Of a stretch of DNA of 64,000 nucleotides, positions 38,689 to 50,537 are shown in pieces; the stretch's first letter is position 1; every line of letters begins with the position of its first letter. The DNA lies in contig JAXGPF010000006.1 of the NCBI GenBank assembly GCA_040767085.1, positions 96,001-160,000 on the forward strand. The letters run 5' to 3'. A program made the translations under genes and the position numbers. Source of the DNA: Kiritimatiellia bacterium (GTDB taxonomy: Bacteria > Verrucomicrobiota > Kiritimatiellia > JAAZAB01). Under the pieces are notes generated by a model, which was not told the origin of the DNA, searched no databases, and worked only from the letters and a program-made list of their open reading frames with translations.

Positions 38689-39110
38689 TTCAGTGTTCGG
38701 TTTTTCGGCGTAAAACTTTAATATCAAAAGGCGGGCACTAGCCCGCACTGTGTCATTTGCGGACTGTTTTTTATCCACAGATTACGCAGATTTACACAGA
38801 TTTTGCCTGAATTCGGAAAACGGAATATTTTCTCACAAAGTCACCAAGCCGCCAGGAAAGAATCAGCAGGAAAACATTATAGCTTTGGGAAACAGCGCAA
38901 AGCACAAACCGCTTTGCTCGTTGCGCTATTTCCAAAACCGTGTTCCGTTTCACGGAACTGCCGCATAGCGGTATGTTTTCCTTCAGAATCCGAACTTCCT
39001 TCCTCCTTCACGGCTTAGCGCCTTTATGTGACAACCTTTTCCGGTTCCCCATTCGTGGCTGTCCGGAATTCATGGAAATATTATTGTGATCCGTTAAAAC
39101 CTTTAAAACA
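38689..39110. repeat. Cluster of nested palindromic and short-period repeats
   Basis: Paired arms 38833-38851/39011-39031 and 38884-38900/38921-38936; CAGATT periodic tract 38774-38802. Confidence 0.6.
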
Positions 39111-39130
39111 TAAGTTTTTAAATCAGCTTT

Positions 39131-40135
39131 TCAGGCTTGATAATACTCCCGGTACCAATCCACGAACCGGCGCACGCCCTCCTCGATCGGCGTGGCGGGC
39201 ATGAAGCCGACATCGCGCGCCAGGTCGGACACATCCGCGCAGGTCAGCGGCACGTCGCAGGATGGCAGCGGCTTGTTGATTTTTTTGGCCTGGCGGCCCA
39301 GGCAATCCTCCAGGATGGCAATCAGCCGCGCCACTTTTACCGGCTGGTGGTTGCCGATGTTATACAGCCGGTAGGGCGCAGTGCTGCTGCCCGGGTCCGG
39401 CGCGGCGCCGGACCAGTTCGGGTCGGGTTTTGGAAGGCAGTCCAACGCGCGCAGCACGCCTTCAACAATGTCATCCACGTAGGTGAAATCGCGCGCGACT
39501 TCCCCCTGGTCGAACACCGTGATAGGTTTGCCCTCCAGGATGGCGCGGGTGAACATGAAGAGGGCCATGTCCGGCCGGCCCCAGGGACCGTAGACGGTGA
39601 AGAACCGCAGCCCGGTGACGGGCAGCCGGTAGAGATGGCTGTAGGCATGCGCCATCAGTTCGTTGGCCTTTTTGGTGGCGGCATACAGGCTGAGCGGGTG
39701 GTCCACGTTCTGGTGCACGGAAAAGGGAATCCCGGTGTTGGCGCCGTACACGGAACTGGATGAGGCGTATACCAGGTGGGCCGCCTGGACCTGCCGGCAG
39801 ATTTCCAGCACATTGGCGAAGCCCAGCAAATTGGCGTCAATGTAAGCCTGCGGATTTTCCAGCGAATAGCGCACGCCGGCCTGGGCGGCCAGATGCAGAA
39901 CTCTATCCGGCCGCGCGTCAACCAGTTCCCGCACCGCCGCGCGGTCGGCCAGGTCCAGCTTGCGGAAGGCAAAGCCCGGATGCCGCTGCAGGCGCTGCAG
40001 GCGCGCGTTCTTCAATTTCACGTCGTAATAAGGGTTTAAATTATCCACCCCCACCACCGCATCGCCGCGCGCCAGCAGTTGTTCGCATAAATGATAACCG
40101 ATGAATCCAGCGGCGCCGGTAACCAGCATCTTCAT
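39131..40135 (-). CDS. NAD-dependent epimerase (UDP-glucuronate 4-epimerase-like)
   Basis: [41 protein letters not shown]. Confidence 0.95.
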   Translation of the reverse strand: MKMLVTGAAGFIGYHLCEQLLARGDAVVGVDNLNPYYDVKLKNARLQRLQRHPGFAFRKLDLADRAAVRELVDARPDRVLHLAAQAGVRYSLENPQAYIDANLLGFANVLEICRQVQAAHLVYASSSSVYGANTGIPFSVHQNVDHPLSLYAATKKANELMAHAYSHLYRLPVTGLRFFTVYGPWGRPDMALFMFTRAILEGKPITVFDQGEVARDFTYVDDIVEGVLRALDCLPKPDPNWSGAAPDPGSSTAPYRLYNIGNHQPVKVARLIAILEDCLGRQAKKINKPLPSCDVPLTCADVSDLARDVGFMPATPIEEGVRRFVDWYREYYQA

Positions 40136-40305
40136 ATTGACAGACTCCGTCCTCTTGCATTACGCACCAAGGCGGTCAGGCCCTGGCCGCCTTGCCGGGT
40201 GTTCGCCGCCGTAAGACCCTGAGCGGAGTCGACGGGCAGGCAAACCATTTTATCGCGGCGTAGTCCTCGACAAAACATAGGAACTTAACATACCGGCCTG
40301 AATTT

Positions 40306-40710
40306 TTAAAGCGTGATTTTAGGCGCTGGCCCGGCGTCCGCCGGTTCCGCAGGAGCAGGCCGCGGTGTAAACCATTCGCAACTATCGGTCGCCTCCACTA
40401 TTTTATTGCGCCGGGCGCAACGCTGCACAAACGGGTTGACTACGTAATCCGCGCAATGGCGGCAAAGCCGGCCGGCTTCACCCGTCTTGAAAATTTTTAC
40501 CGGCGCCGGCGCGTCTGTTTTATCAAACACCCGGGGCTGGCGGACGGTTTTAAACGGCACTTCCGCTTTACCGGCAAAGACATGCCCGCATGACAGGCAG
40601 GACAATTTTTCACCCGCGCGCCGGAAACCGTCATAGATCGGCTCGCGTTTCAGCAGCGATTCCCGCCCGCAGGCTGAACATATGATTTCAGGATTTTGAC
40701 TGTTTTCCAT
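40306..40710 (-). CDS. Small Cys-rich hypothetical protein (two putative metal sites)
   Basis: CSAC..CLSC and CRHC..C..C; ATG abuts the upstream gene's stop. Confidence 0.75.
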   Translation of the reverse strand: MENSQNPEIICSACGRESLLKREPIYDGFRRAGEKLSCLSCGHVFAGKAEVPFKTVRQPRVFDKTDAPAPVKIFKTGEAGRLCRHCADYVVNPFVQRCARRNKIVEATDSCEWFTPRPAPAEPADAGPAPKITL

Positions 40711-43140
40711 TTAGATTTTTCTCCCAGCAGGCCAGGCCAATGCGCCGGGCGCCAGCCGCCAGGCGCCCAGCAGACAACACGCGCCCGCAGCTTTGACGGC
40801 TGCCAGCAGCAGCATGGCGTCGGCTAAACCGAACAGCGGCAGCAATATAATGCCCGGCAAAACTCCGCCCAGCGCTGCGCCGGTCAAATCCAGGGCATTG
40901 ATCCAGGGCGTGGACTCGGCGCCGCCGTCTCCCGGCCGCCACAAGCGGCAGGCCAGTGGAAACTGCGCCCCGGCCGCCAGGCCGGCCATGCCGACCAGCA
41001 GGTACACTGCCCCCGCCGCGCCCACCGGCATTTTCGTCACGGTCAGCAGCCAGTGCATGGCCGGCGCCACCAGGCAAGCCGCGGCCAATAACCCCAATTC
41101 CGCGGCCAGCGCGCCGCGCCACACCCGAGCGGATGCAGCGGGATTCGCCGTCTCTCCGCCGCCCGGCTCAGCCGCCAAAGCCCGCGCCGACAGGAGCGCC
41201 CCGGCGGCCAAGCCGGCCATGAACACTGCCATGATCATGGCCAACCCCGCATATATATTACCAAAGACGTTTTGAAATACAAACACCAAGGTGATTTCCA
41301 GCGCCATCTCGCAAAACCCGGTGCTTATCACAACATAACCCAACAGTCCGTTAAAGGCGCGGCGGCGGCCGGCCGGCCGGCCGGCCGCTGCCCGCACCAG
41401 CAGCCACGCCAGGATGCCGCCGGCAAGCACAATATATCCAATCCAACGCAAATTTATCCGCTGTAACCATTTAATCCATTTTTGCACCGGCAAATTGCCG
41501 ATCTGGAGCCAGCGTGTCAAGACCGTAAAAGTTGACACCGGCCGAAACGCCGTATTGGCAGGCGCGGCGCTGACGGCCAACTGTTGCCGGACCCGCGCCG
41601 TCTTGTCCGGCGCCAATTCCTCGGCATCCAGCAGCCAACCGGGTGTAAAATAAGCGCCATTTATCTCCGCGGCGCTGGCGCGCCGGTACAATTCCGGTGC
41701 ATCCAGGGTAATGGGACTGTCCGGCCCGCCGGCGAAAAAATGGCTGACCGCGCCAGGGGTCACCAGCACCCGCGGGAAAACCAGCCGCAAGGCTGCCTCC
41801 ACCGAAGCCGCCAGCCGCAAGGCTTCCCCGCGCAAATGCTCGGAGGTCGGCAAAGCCGTGTACATGAACCCATCCGGGGCCAGGATGCGCCGCACAGCGC
41901 GGTAGAATTCCGCGGTGAAAAACCGGTTGGCCGCAATCGTGTCCGGTTCCGCGGTGCCGACAATGACCACGTCAAATTGCCCGGCGCATTCCCGGATAAA
42001 ACGCGGTCCATCCGCCGCCACAAAACTTGCGCGCCGATCCATCTCCGCGCCGGGCGACGTCCGTTTAAATTCCTGCAGCAAAACAGTTTGGGACCGGTCC
42101 TGCTCCAGGCACACCAGCCGTTCCAGAGGGTATTTCAGCAATTCTGGCACATCGTCAGGCGGGTTGCCGCCCAGCAGCAGCACACGCCGGGCGCCCGGCA
42201 TCTGGGCCATGATGAAATGGATTTTAAATTCAGCGGCGACCGGATCGGGAAACACGAAGGCCACCTGGCCGTTACTGTAGAGGGTTTTCTGTCCCGCGCT
42301 TTCAAACAGCGCCAGGTTCCGATAGCGCGAATCCACCGATGCCAGCAACCGGGCGGCGCCCAAGCCGCCGGCGCGAGAATCCAGCACGCCGAAGCTATGC
42401 CAGCGCAGCCGGATACCCGCCCATTCCAATCGCGCCAGCAGCCGGTAATTCACGCCGAACAGGCAAAACACGCAGAGCAATCCCAGGCAAACCCGACGCG
42501 CCCAGGGCCGCGGTGCCGCCAGCCAGGCGCCCGCCAATCCACAACCGCCCGCCCAAACGGCCGGCGCCATCCCGCCGGGCAGATTGACCAGGGCGGCGTA
42601 AAATAATCCGCCGGCGCAGATGCCGCCCAAAGCATCGGCGGCGTAAATCCGGCCGGCGGCGCGGCCGGCCGGCTCTCGCCGGCCCCGGGCGGACTGCCGG
42701 CATACCGCCGGAAACAATGCTCCGACGGGCAGGCACAACGGCGCCAGGGCCGCCGCGATGAAAACGGCCATCCACCCCGGCGGCGCCTGCTCGCCAAACG
42801 GGATGCGCAACAGACGGGGCGCAGTTCGTATCAAGAACACTTCCGCCGGGGCAACCAGCGCCAGCCAGACCAGCAAGCCCGTGATGATCCATGCCAGCCG
42901 GCGGGAATCGCAGCGGCGCTGCGCCAGGCCGAACAGGCCGGACCCGGCCCCCGTCAACAGCAGCCACCCCGCCAGCGACAGGCCGATGGTGATCTCGTTG
43001 CCGTAAAAGGCCACCAGCAACTCGCGCAACACCACCATCTGCGCCAGCATGGCAAACATGCCGGCGCAGAACATGGCGGCCGGCAGCTGCCCGTCCGCTG
43101 AAAAAAACCGCATTTTTCCTTGACTTGACATGTGCGGCAT
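40711..43140 (-). CDS. Membrane-fused spermidine-synthase-like protein
   Basis: Q.V.LRELL..FYGNE, DSRY.NL, ADGPRF, FDVVIV, NRFFTAEFY..L.PDG, FQ..FG.IY; start uncertain. Confidence 0.8.
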   Translation of the reverse strand: MPHMSSQGKMRFFSADGQLPAAMFCAGMFAMLAQMVVLRELLVAFYGNEITIGLSLAGWLLLTGAGSGLFGLAQRRCDSRRLAWIITGLLVWLALVAPAEVFLIRTAPRLLRIPFGEQAPPGWMAVFIAAALAPLCLPVGALFPAVCRQSARGRREPAGRAAGRIYAADALGGICAGGLFYAALVNLPGGMAPAVWAGGCGLAGAWLAAPRPWARRVCLGLLCVFCLFGVNYRLLARLEWAGIRLRWHSFGVLDSRAGGLGAARLLASVDSRYRNLALFESAGQKTLYSNGQVAFVFPDPVAAEFKIHFIMAQMPGARRVLLLGGNPPDDVPELLKYPLERLVCLEQDRSQTVLLQEFKRTSPGAEMDRRASFVAADGPRFIRECAGQFDVVIVGTAEPDTIAANRFFTAEFYRAVRRILAPDGFMYTALPTSEHLRGEALRLAASVEAALRLVFPRVLVTPGAVSHFFAGGPDSPITLDAPELYRRASAAEINGAYFTPGWLLDAEELAPDKTARVRQQLAVSAAPANTAFRPVSTFTVLTRWLQIGNLPVQKWIKWLQRINLRWIGYIVLAGGILAWLLVRAAAGRPAGRRRAFNGLLGYVVISTGFCEMALEITLVFVFQNVFGNIYAGLAMIMAVFMAGLAAGALLSARALAAEPGGGETANPAASARVWRGALAAELGLLAAACLVAPAMHWLLTVTKMPVGAAGAVYLLVGMAGLAAGAQFPLACRLWRPGDGGAESTPWINALDLTGAALGGVLPGIILLPLFGLADAMLLLAAVKAAGACCLLGAWRLAPGALAWPAGRKI

Positions 43141-43209
43141 ATATATGATGAGGGCCTTTTAATTAAGAATCATTGTCCCGAAAAGGCGCAATGTCAATCA
43201 TGTAGTTAA

Positions 43210-44250
<1,041 letters not shown>

Positions 44251-44258
44251 TGTTCTCC

Positions 44259-44511
44259 CCTGAATTTTGCACGAATATTGGGTAGAAATGATTTAAAGCA
44301 ATCATAGCGCGTGCAAAATAAATTTTACGCAGTTATCTGTTGACACCCATATGGTTACATAAGCGCCGTTTCCGGAAACACCAATATTCGCCGGCAGACG
44401 GCCGCGCGATTTTGGCGCAGGGCTTTGTTGCGCGGGGCTTTGCGGTATGTTTATACAGCGGCACCCCGCGCGCCGCGCCCTGCGCCAAACTTGTGCGGTG
44501 CAAAATTCAGG
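44259..44511. other. Structured palindromic element (three-way junction), copy A
   Basis: Perfect 14-bp terminal IR CCTGAATTTTGCAC/GTGCAAAATTCAGG plus two internal arms. Confidence 0.7.
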
Positions 44512-44515
44512 TCTC

Positions 44516-45772
<1,257 letters not shown>

Positions 45773-45780
45773 GCCACACC

Positions 45781-46566
45781 GTGAATAAAACCGCCATAAC
45801 CATCCGCAAGCCGCTGGTCGCCGGCAACTGGAAGATGAACAAGACGGCCGCGGAAGCCGGGGAACTAGTGTCCGACCTGAAACGGGCGCTGGCCGACTGC
45901 CGCGGCGTGGACGTGGTGGTCTGCCCGCCCTTCACCGCGCTGGCGGCAGTCAGCGGCGCCATCTCCGGCAGCGAAATCGGCCTGGGCGCGCAAAACATGC
46001 ACTGGGAAAAATCCGGCGCCTACACCGGCGAAATTTCCCCGGCCATGCTGCGTGAACTGTATTGCCATTACGTGATCCTGGGCCACAGCGAGCGTCGTAC
46101 GCTGTTCCATGAAACCGACGCGGTCATCAACCGCAAAATCAAGGCGGCGCTGGCCAATCACCTGCGGCCGATCGTCTGCGTGGGCGAAACGCTCCAGCAG
46201 CGCAATGACGCCCAGACGGAAGAAGTCCTGGCGGCCCAGATCAATCACGGCTTGCAGGGACTGGATGCCGAAGGCTTGGCGGCCCTGACGATCGCTTATG
46301 AGCCTGTCTGGGCCATCGGCACCGGCAAGACGGCCACGCCCGCCATGGCGCAGTCGGCGCATGCCTTCATCCGCGGCCTGCTGGCCCAACTTGCCGGCGA
46401 AAAAACCGCGCAATCCATCCGCATTCTGTACGGCGGCAGCATGAAACCGGACAACGCCGCAGAACTGCTGGCGCAGCCGGATATTGACGGCGGGCTGATT
46501 GGCGGCGCCTCGCTGGAAGCGGCGGCCTTCGCCGCCATCGTTCAGGCGGCCGCCGCTGAAGCATAA
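45781..46566 (+). CDS. tpiA: Triosephosphate isomerase
   Basis: AGNWKMN, LGHSERR, AYEPVWAIGTG, YGGS, GGASL. Confidence 0.98.
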   Translation: MNKTAITIRKPLVAGNWKMNKTAAEAGELVSDLKRALADCRGVDVVVCPPFTALAAVSGAISGSEIGLGAQNMHWEKSGAYTGEISPAMLRELYCHYVILGHSERRTLFHETDAVINRKIKAALANHLRPIVCVGETLQQRNDAQTEEVLAAQINHGLQGLDAEGLAALTIAYEPVWAIGTGKTATPAMAQSAHAFIRGLLAQLAGEKTAQSIRILYGGSMKPDNAAELLAQPDIDGGLIGGASLEAAAFAAIVQAAAAEA

Positions 46567-46578
46567 GGTGCATCGAAT

Positions 46579-47073
46579 ATGACATTCATCAAAGTAATTT
46601 TGATTCTGGTGGAAGTGCTTTGCAGCCTGCTTTTGATTGGAGTGGTCCTCCTCCAGAAATCCAAAGGCGAAGGCTTGGGCATGGCATTCGGCGCTGAAAT
46701 GGGCGAATCGCTCTTCGGCGCCCGGGCGGCCAATGTCCTGGTTAAAATCACCATCTGGCTGGGGATTATTTTCATGCTGAACACCGTCTTCCTGGCCAAG
46801 ATTTACAGCCAGGGCCAGGGGCGTTCGGTCATGGAACGCGTGGCCGCTCCGGCGCCCGCGCCGGCCGCTCCCAATGCCGCCGCACCCGCCGGCATGACGC
46901 CGGAAACCACTTTGCCGGCGCCCGTCCCTGCGCCGATATCCGCCCCCGCGGCGTCCGTGGCGGACCCGGAGATGCCGGCAGCAAACCTGCCCGCGGCGGA
47001 TATGCCTCCGGCCAGCGCCGCCCCCGCGGCGCCCGCCGAGACGGCCCCCGCGGAACCTGTGGCCGTGGAATAA
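46579..47073 (+). CDS. secG: Preprotein translocase SecG with Pro/Ala-rich tail
   Basis: VLLQKSKGEGLG.AFG..SLFG..A.NVL.KIT; follows tpiA. Confidence 0.93.
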   Translation: MTFIKVILILVEVLCSLLLIGVVLLQKSKGEGLGMAFGAEMGESLFGARAANVLVKITIWLGIIFMLNTVFLAKIYSQGQGRSVMERVAAPAPAPAAPNAAAPAGMTPETTLPAPVPAPISAPAASVADPEMPAANLPAADMPPASAAPAAPAETAPAEPVAVE

Positions 47074-47101
47074 GCGGAACTGGCGTCTGGCCGCATGTGA
47101 A

Positions 47102-47417
47102 CCTAAATCAGGCAGTTGGCAAGTTTGCTGCGTCCCGCTTTAAAGCGGGACAGGGATGCACGCTTGCCACGCGCAGCGCGTGGGCGGCAAGGGTGACGGT
47201 GTATTAATATATCCCGCTTTGAGCGGGACAAGCTCCGAATTTATCCCTCCCAGCGGGAACCTTGCCAACAAAGCAGATGCGGCAAAATCGCCAACCATTT
47301 TTCCGGTTTGAAATTCAAAAATTTTCTCACACCAGAAAGGTGTTTGCGACAGAAATCCTATCTTTCCTGTTTTCAATTGCTTATGTCAATTTTTGAATTT
47401 CAAATGCCGAATTTAGG
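47102..47417. other. Structured palindromic element (three-way junction), copy B
   Basis: Terminal CCTAAATCAGGCA/TGCCGAATTTAGG (11/13), arms of 9 bp and perfect 17 bp. Confidence 0.65.
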
Positions 47418-49244
47418 GTGAATGATTTGTTGATACTGCCGCTGTGCTTGTGTATCTGGCTCGGGGCAGCCTGGCCTGAGGCCCGGGCCGCCGCGCCGCC
47501 GCCCGCCAACAACCCCGCGCCGGAGAGCGAAATCGTTTATTACGGCGTCACCAGCCGTATCCGGGGCTTCGATCCCGTCACCGCCGGCGATGTCCCCTCC
47601 TCCATGGCCATTGCCCGCATTTACGAAGGCTTGCTGCAATATTCCTACCTGGACCGGCCTTACCGGCTGGAGCCCTGTCTCTGCGAGGCGCTCCCGGCCG
47701 TCTCGGAAGATCGCCTGGTCTATACCTTCAAAATCCGCCGTAATATTTTTTTCCAGGATGACCCCTGCTTCAACGCCGGCGGCGGACGCGGCCGCGAATT
47801 GACGGCCGGCGATTTCGTCTATTCCATCAAGCGCGTCGCCGATCTGAAAAACAGTTCCAGCGGGTACTGGGCGTTTCATGACCGCATTGCCGGGCTGGAC
47901 GATTTCCGCGCGGCTTCCGCCGGGGACGCCCCCACCGATTACGACCGGCCGGTGGCCGGCCTGCAGGCGCCCGATCCCAGCACCCTGCGGATCGAGCTCA
48001 CCCGCCCCTACCCGCAGCTGCTCTGGATTCTCGCCATGCATTATGCCTTCGCCGTTCCGCGCGAGGCGGTGGAATTTTACGGGCCGGACTTTGCCGGCCA
48101 CCCGGTCGGCACCGGCCCGTATCGCCTGCATGACTGGCAACGCAATTACCGGCTGGAATTCGCCCGCAACCCCAAGTGGGCCGCCACCGGCCGCCAGGAA
48201 TTTTATCCCCGCCAGGGCGAACCCGCCGACGCCGCGGCCGGCCTGCTGGCGGATGCGGGACGTCCCCTGCCCTTGATTGACCGTCTTGTCCAGTACACCG
48301 TGACCGACACGTCCACCATGTGGCTGATGTTCCTCAACGGCCAGCTGGAATCATCCGGGATTTCCCGCGATAATTTCGAAGCCGTCATCACCGGCGACCG
48401 CCGCCTGGCCGCCGATTTGGAAAAACGCGGTATTAAACTCTACGCTACCCCGGTGCTGGAAACTTACTACATCGGGTTCAACATGGACGACCCGGTGGTC
48501 GGCGCCAACAAGCAACTCCGCCAGGCGCTGACCTGCGCCTTCAATTCGGAGCAGTACGTCCGGTTTTACAACGGCCGCATTGTCCGCGCCCGCTCGCCGA
48601 TCCCCCCCGGCATCGGCGGCTTCGAGGACCTGGCCGTGCCCTATCCTTTCGACTTGGCGCAAGCCCGCCGCCTGCTGGCGGCAGCCGGCTATCCCGACGG
48701 CCGCGACCCGGCTACCGGCCGGCGGCTGGCGCTGACGATCGATCTGGGCCGGGCCAACGACCCGGAAGCGCGCGCGGCGACGGAATTGCTGGTGGATTTC
48801 ATGCGGCAAATCGGCGTGGAACTCACCCCGGTGTATAACAGTTGGCCGGCGTTCCTCGACCGCCTGGACCGCGGCCAGGTGCAACTGTACCAATTGGGCT
48901 GGGTGGCGGATTACCCTGATGCGGAAAATTTCCTGCAGTTATTTTACTCGCCCAACCGCTCGCCTGGCCCCAATCACAGCAATTACGCCAATGCCGAATG
49001 CGACGCCCTTTACGAGCAAATCCGCGTCATGCCCGCCGACGCGCCGGAGCGCCTGCGGCTGTGCCGGCGCATGGTGGAAATCATCAGCGAGGATTGCCCC
49101 TGGATTTTCACGCATCATCCCATGGATTACATCATCCACCATCCCTGGCTGAAAAATTACAAGCCGCACGATTTCCCATACGGCATGGCCAAGTATTACA
49201 ACATTGACACCGACGCCCGCCGCGCCGCCGCCCGCGGGCGCTGA
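47418..49244 (+). CDS. ABC transporter substrate-binding protein (family 5, peptide/nickel)
   Basis: FDP, IYEGLLQY, ADFVYSIKR, PVGTGPY, IGFN, LRQAL, GWVADYPD.ENF; signal peptide. Confidence 0.92.
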   Translation: MNDLLILPLCLCIWLGAAWPEARAAAPPPANNPAPESEIVYYGVTSRIRGFDPVTAGDVPSSMAIARIYEGLLQYSYLDRPYRLEPCLCEALPAVSEDRLVYTFKIRRNIFFQDDPCFNAGGGRGRELTAGDFVYSIKRVADLKNSSSGYWAFHDRIAGLDDFRAASAGDAPTDYDRPVAGLQAPDPSTLRIELTRPYPQLLWILAMHYAFAVPREAVEFYGPDFAGHPVGTGPYRLHDWQRNYRLEFARNPKWAATGRQEFYPRQGEPADAAAGLLADAGRPLPLIDRLVQYTVTDTSTMWLMFLNGQLESSGISRDNFEAVITGDRRLAADLEKRGIKLYATPVLETYYIGFNMDDPVVGANKQLRQALTCAFNSEQYVRFYNGRIVRARSPIPPGIGGFEDLAVPYPFDLAQARRLLAAAGYPDGRDPATGRRLALTIDLGRANDPEARAATELLVDFMRQIGVELTPVYNSWPAFLDRLDRGQVQLYQLGWVADYPDAENFLQLFYSPNRSPGPNHSNYANAECDALYEQIRVMPADAPERLRLCRRMVEIISEDCPWIFTHHPMDYIIHHPWLKNYKPHDFPYGMAKYYNIDTDARRAAARGR

Positions 49245-49253
49245 CGGCAATCC

Positions 49254-50060
49254 ATGAACAACCCGGAAACTCCCTTAATCACGCGCGAGCGCCTGGCCGC
49301 CGACCTGGAAAAAATCGGCCTCCGGCGCGGCGGCCTGGCGCTGGTGCATAGTTCGCTCAAGTCGCTGGGGCGGGTGGACGGCGGCCCGGACGCGGTGATT
49401 GACGCCCTGCACGACGTCCTGGGGCCGGCGGGCTTGCTGGTTTTTCCGTCGTTTCAAAAAGGCGGCGAACATAAACTGCTGCGCGAGGGCGTGGTCTTCG
49501 ATGTGCGCTCTACCCCGACCGGGCAGGGCCTCCTGCCGGAAACCTTCCGCCGGCGCCCCGGCGCCATCCGCTCGCTCAGTCCCACCCACTGCCTGGCGGC
49601 CCGCGGGCCCGGCGCGGACGAATTCCTGGCCGGCCACGAAAAATGCGAGGTGTCGGTGGGCCATGGCACGCCGTTCGAAAAAATCGTCGAACGGGGCGGC
49701 CAAATCCTGCTGCTGGGCGTGACGCATGCCTGCAACACCATGCTGCACTACGTGGAAAACACGTCCGGCGCGCCGACCGTCTCGTGCGAGTTGTTCACAC
49801 CGACCGTCATTGACGCCGCCGGACAGGCGCACACGGTCCCGACTTACCCCCACATGCCGGGTCTGCGCCGGCGTTATGAGCGGATCGAGCAGGAATTGAC
49901 GGCGGCCGGCATCCAGGCGAACAGGCGCGTCGGCCTGGCCGAAGCCCGCCTGATTGACGCCCGGGCGATGGCGCGGCACATCGGTGCGCGGGTGCGCGCC
50001 GACCCGCTCTACCTGATCGACGTGTTCAATCCCGCTCCAACGACTCCAGGCGCAGCGTAA
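49254..50060 (+). CDS. AAC(3)/YokD-family N-acetyltransferase
   Basis: LVHSSLKSLG.V.GG, RS.SPTH, ILLLGV, NT.LHY.E. Confidence 0.88.
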   Translation: MNNPETPLITRERLAADLEKIGLRRGGLALVHSSLKSLGRVDGGPDAVIDALHDVLGPAGLLVFPSFQKGGEHKLLREGVVFDVRSTPTGQGLLPETFRRRPGAIRSLSPTHCLAARGPGADEFLAGHEKCEVSVGHGTPFEKIVERGGQILLLGVTHACNTMLHYVENTSGAPTVSCELFTPTVIDAAGQAHTVPTYPHMPGLRRRYERIEQELTAAGIQANRRVGLAEARLIDARAMARHIGARVRADPLYLIDVFNPAPTTPGAA

Positions 50061-50529
50061 CCCGGCCGCATCCCGCCTGCCGCGTGGAGGCTTCAATTTT
50101 GCAGGCGCGCAGCGTCCAGGGCGGCCGCTGGCCGGCAGCGGCGCTCAATAGCGCGCCCACGGCCTCCAAGGCCGCTTCGCCGTATTGCATTTCCATCCGA
50201 CGCGCCTGCCAGCCGTCCGGCAGCGCCTGGGCGCCGCGGTCGAGGATTTCCGGTCGCGCGCCTGGTGTGAATTCGTGCGCCAACTGCGTCAGGGGCGCCG
50301 GGCGCGCGGGGCGCGGCAATTCCCGTAAAACCGCCAGACGCCGGCGTGCCGCCTGCTGCTCCGCTTCCACGGCGCGCAGCCGCTCCCAAACCGCCGCCCG
50401 CTGCCGCAACGCCTCCGCCCGCGCCGGGGCCATGGCGGCGTTGCGCGCCGTCCACAGCAGTCCGGCGGCCAAAACCGCCGCCGCGGCCAGCCAGGCCAAT
50501 GTATTCCCATTCCGTAATTTTTTTTGCAT
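50026..50529 (-). CDS. GspM/PilO-like membrane protein
   Basis: Single N-terminal TM then coiled segment; directly downstream of the gspL-like gene. Confidence 0.5.
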   Translation of the reverse strand: MQKKLRNGNTLAWLAAAAVLAAGLLWTARNAAMAPARAEALRQRAAVWERLRAVEAEQQAARRRLAVLRELPRPARPAPLTQLAHEFTPGARPEILDRGAQALPDGWQARRMEMQYGEAALEAVGALLSAAAGQRPPWTLRACKIEASTRQAGCGRVTLRLESLERD

Positions 50530-50537
50530 AGCCAGCC

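Noticed and set aside
47074-47417. tRNA-Leu often found after secG
   Set aside because: No cloverleaf or GTTCRA T-loop seen; the region is occupied by palindromes.
49254-50060. Acquired aminoglycoside resistance gene
   Set aside because: Family membership only; host-like GC and no mobile context.
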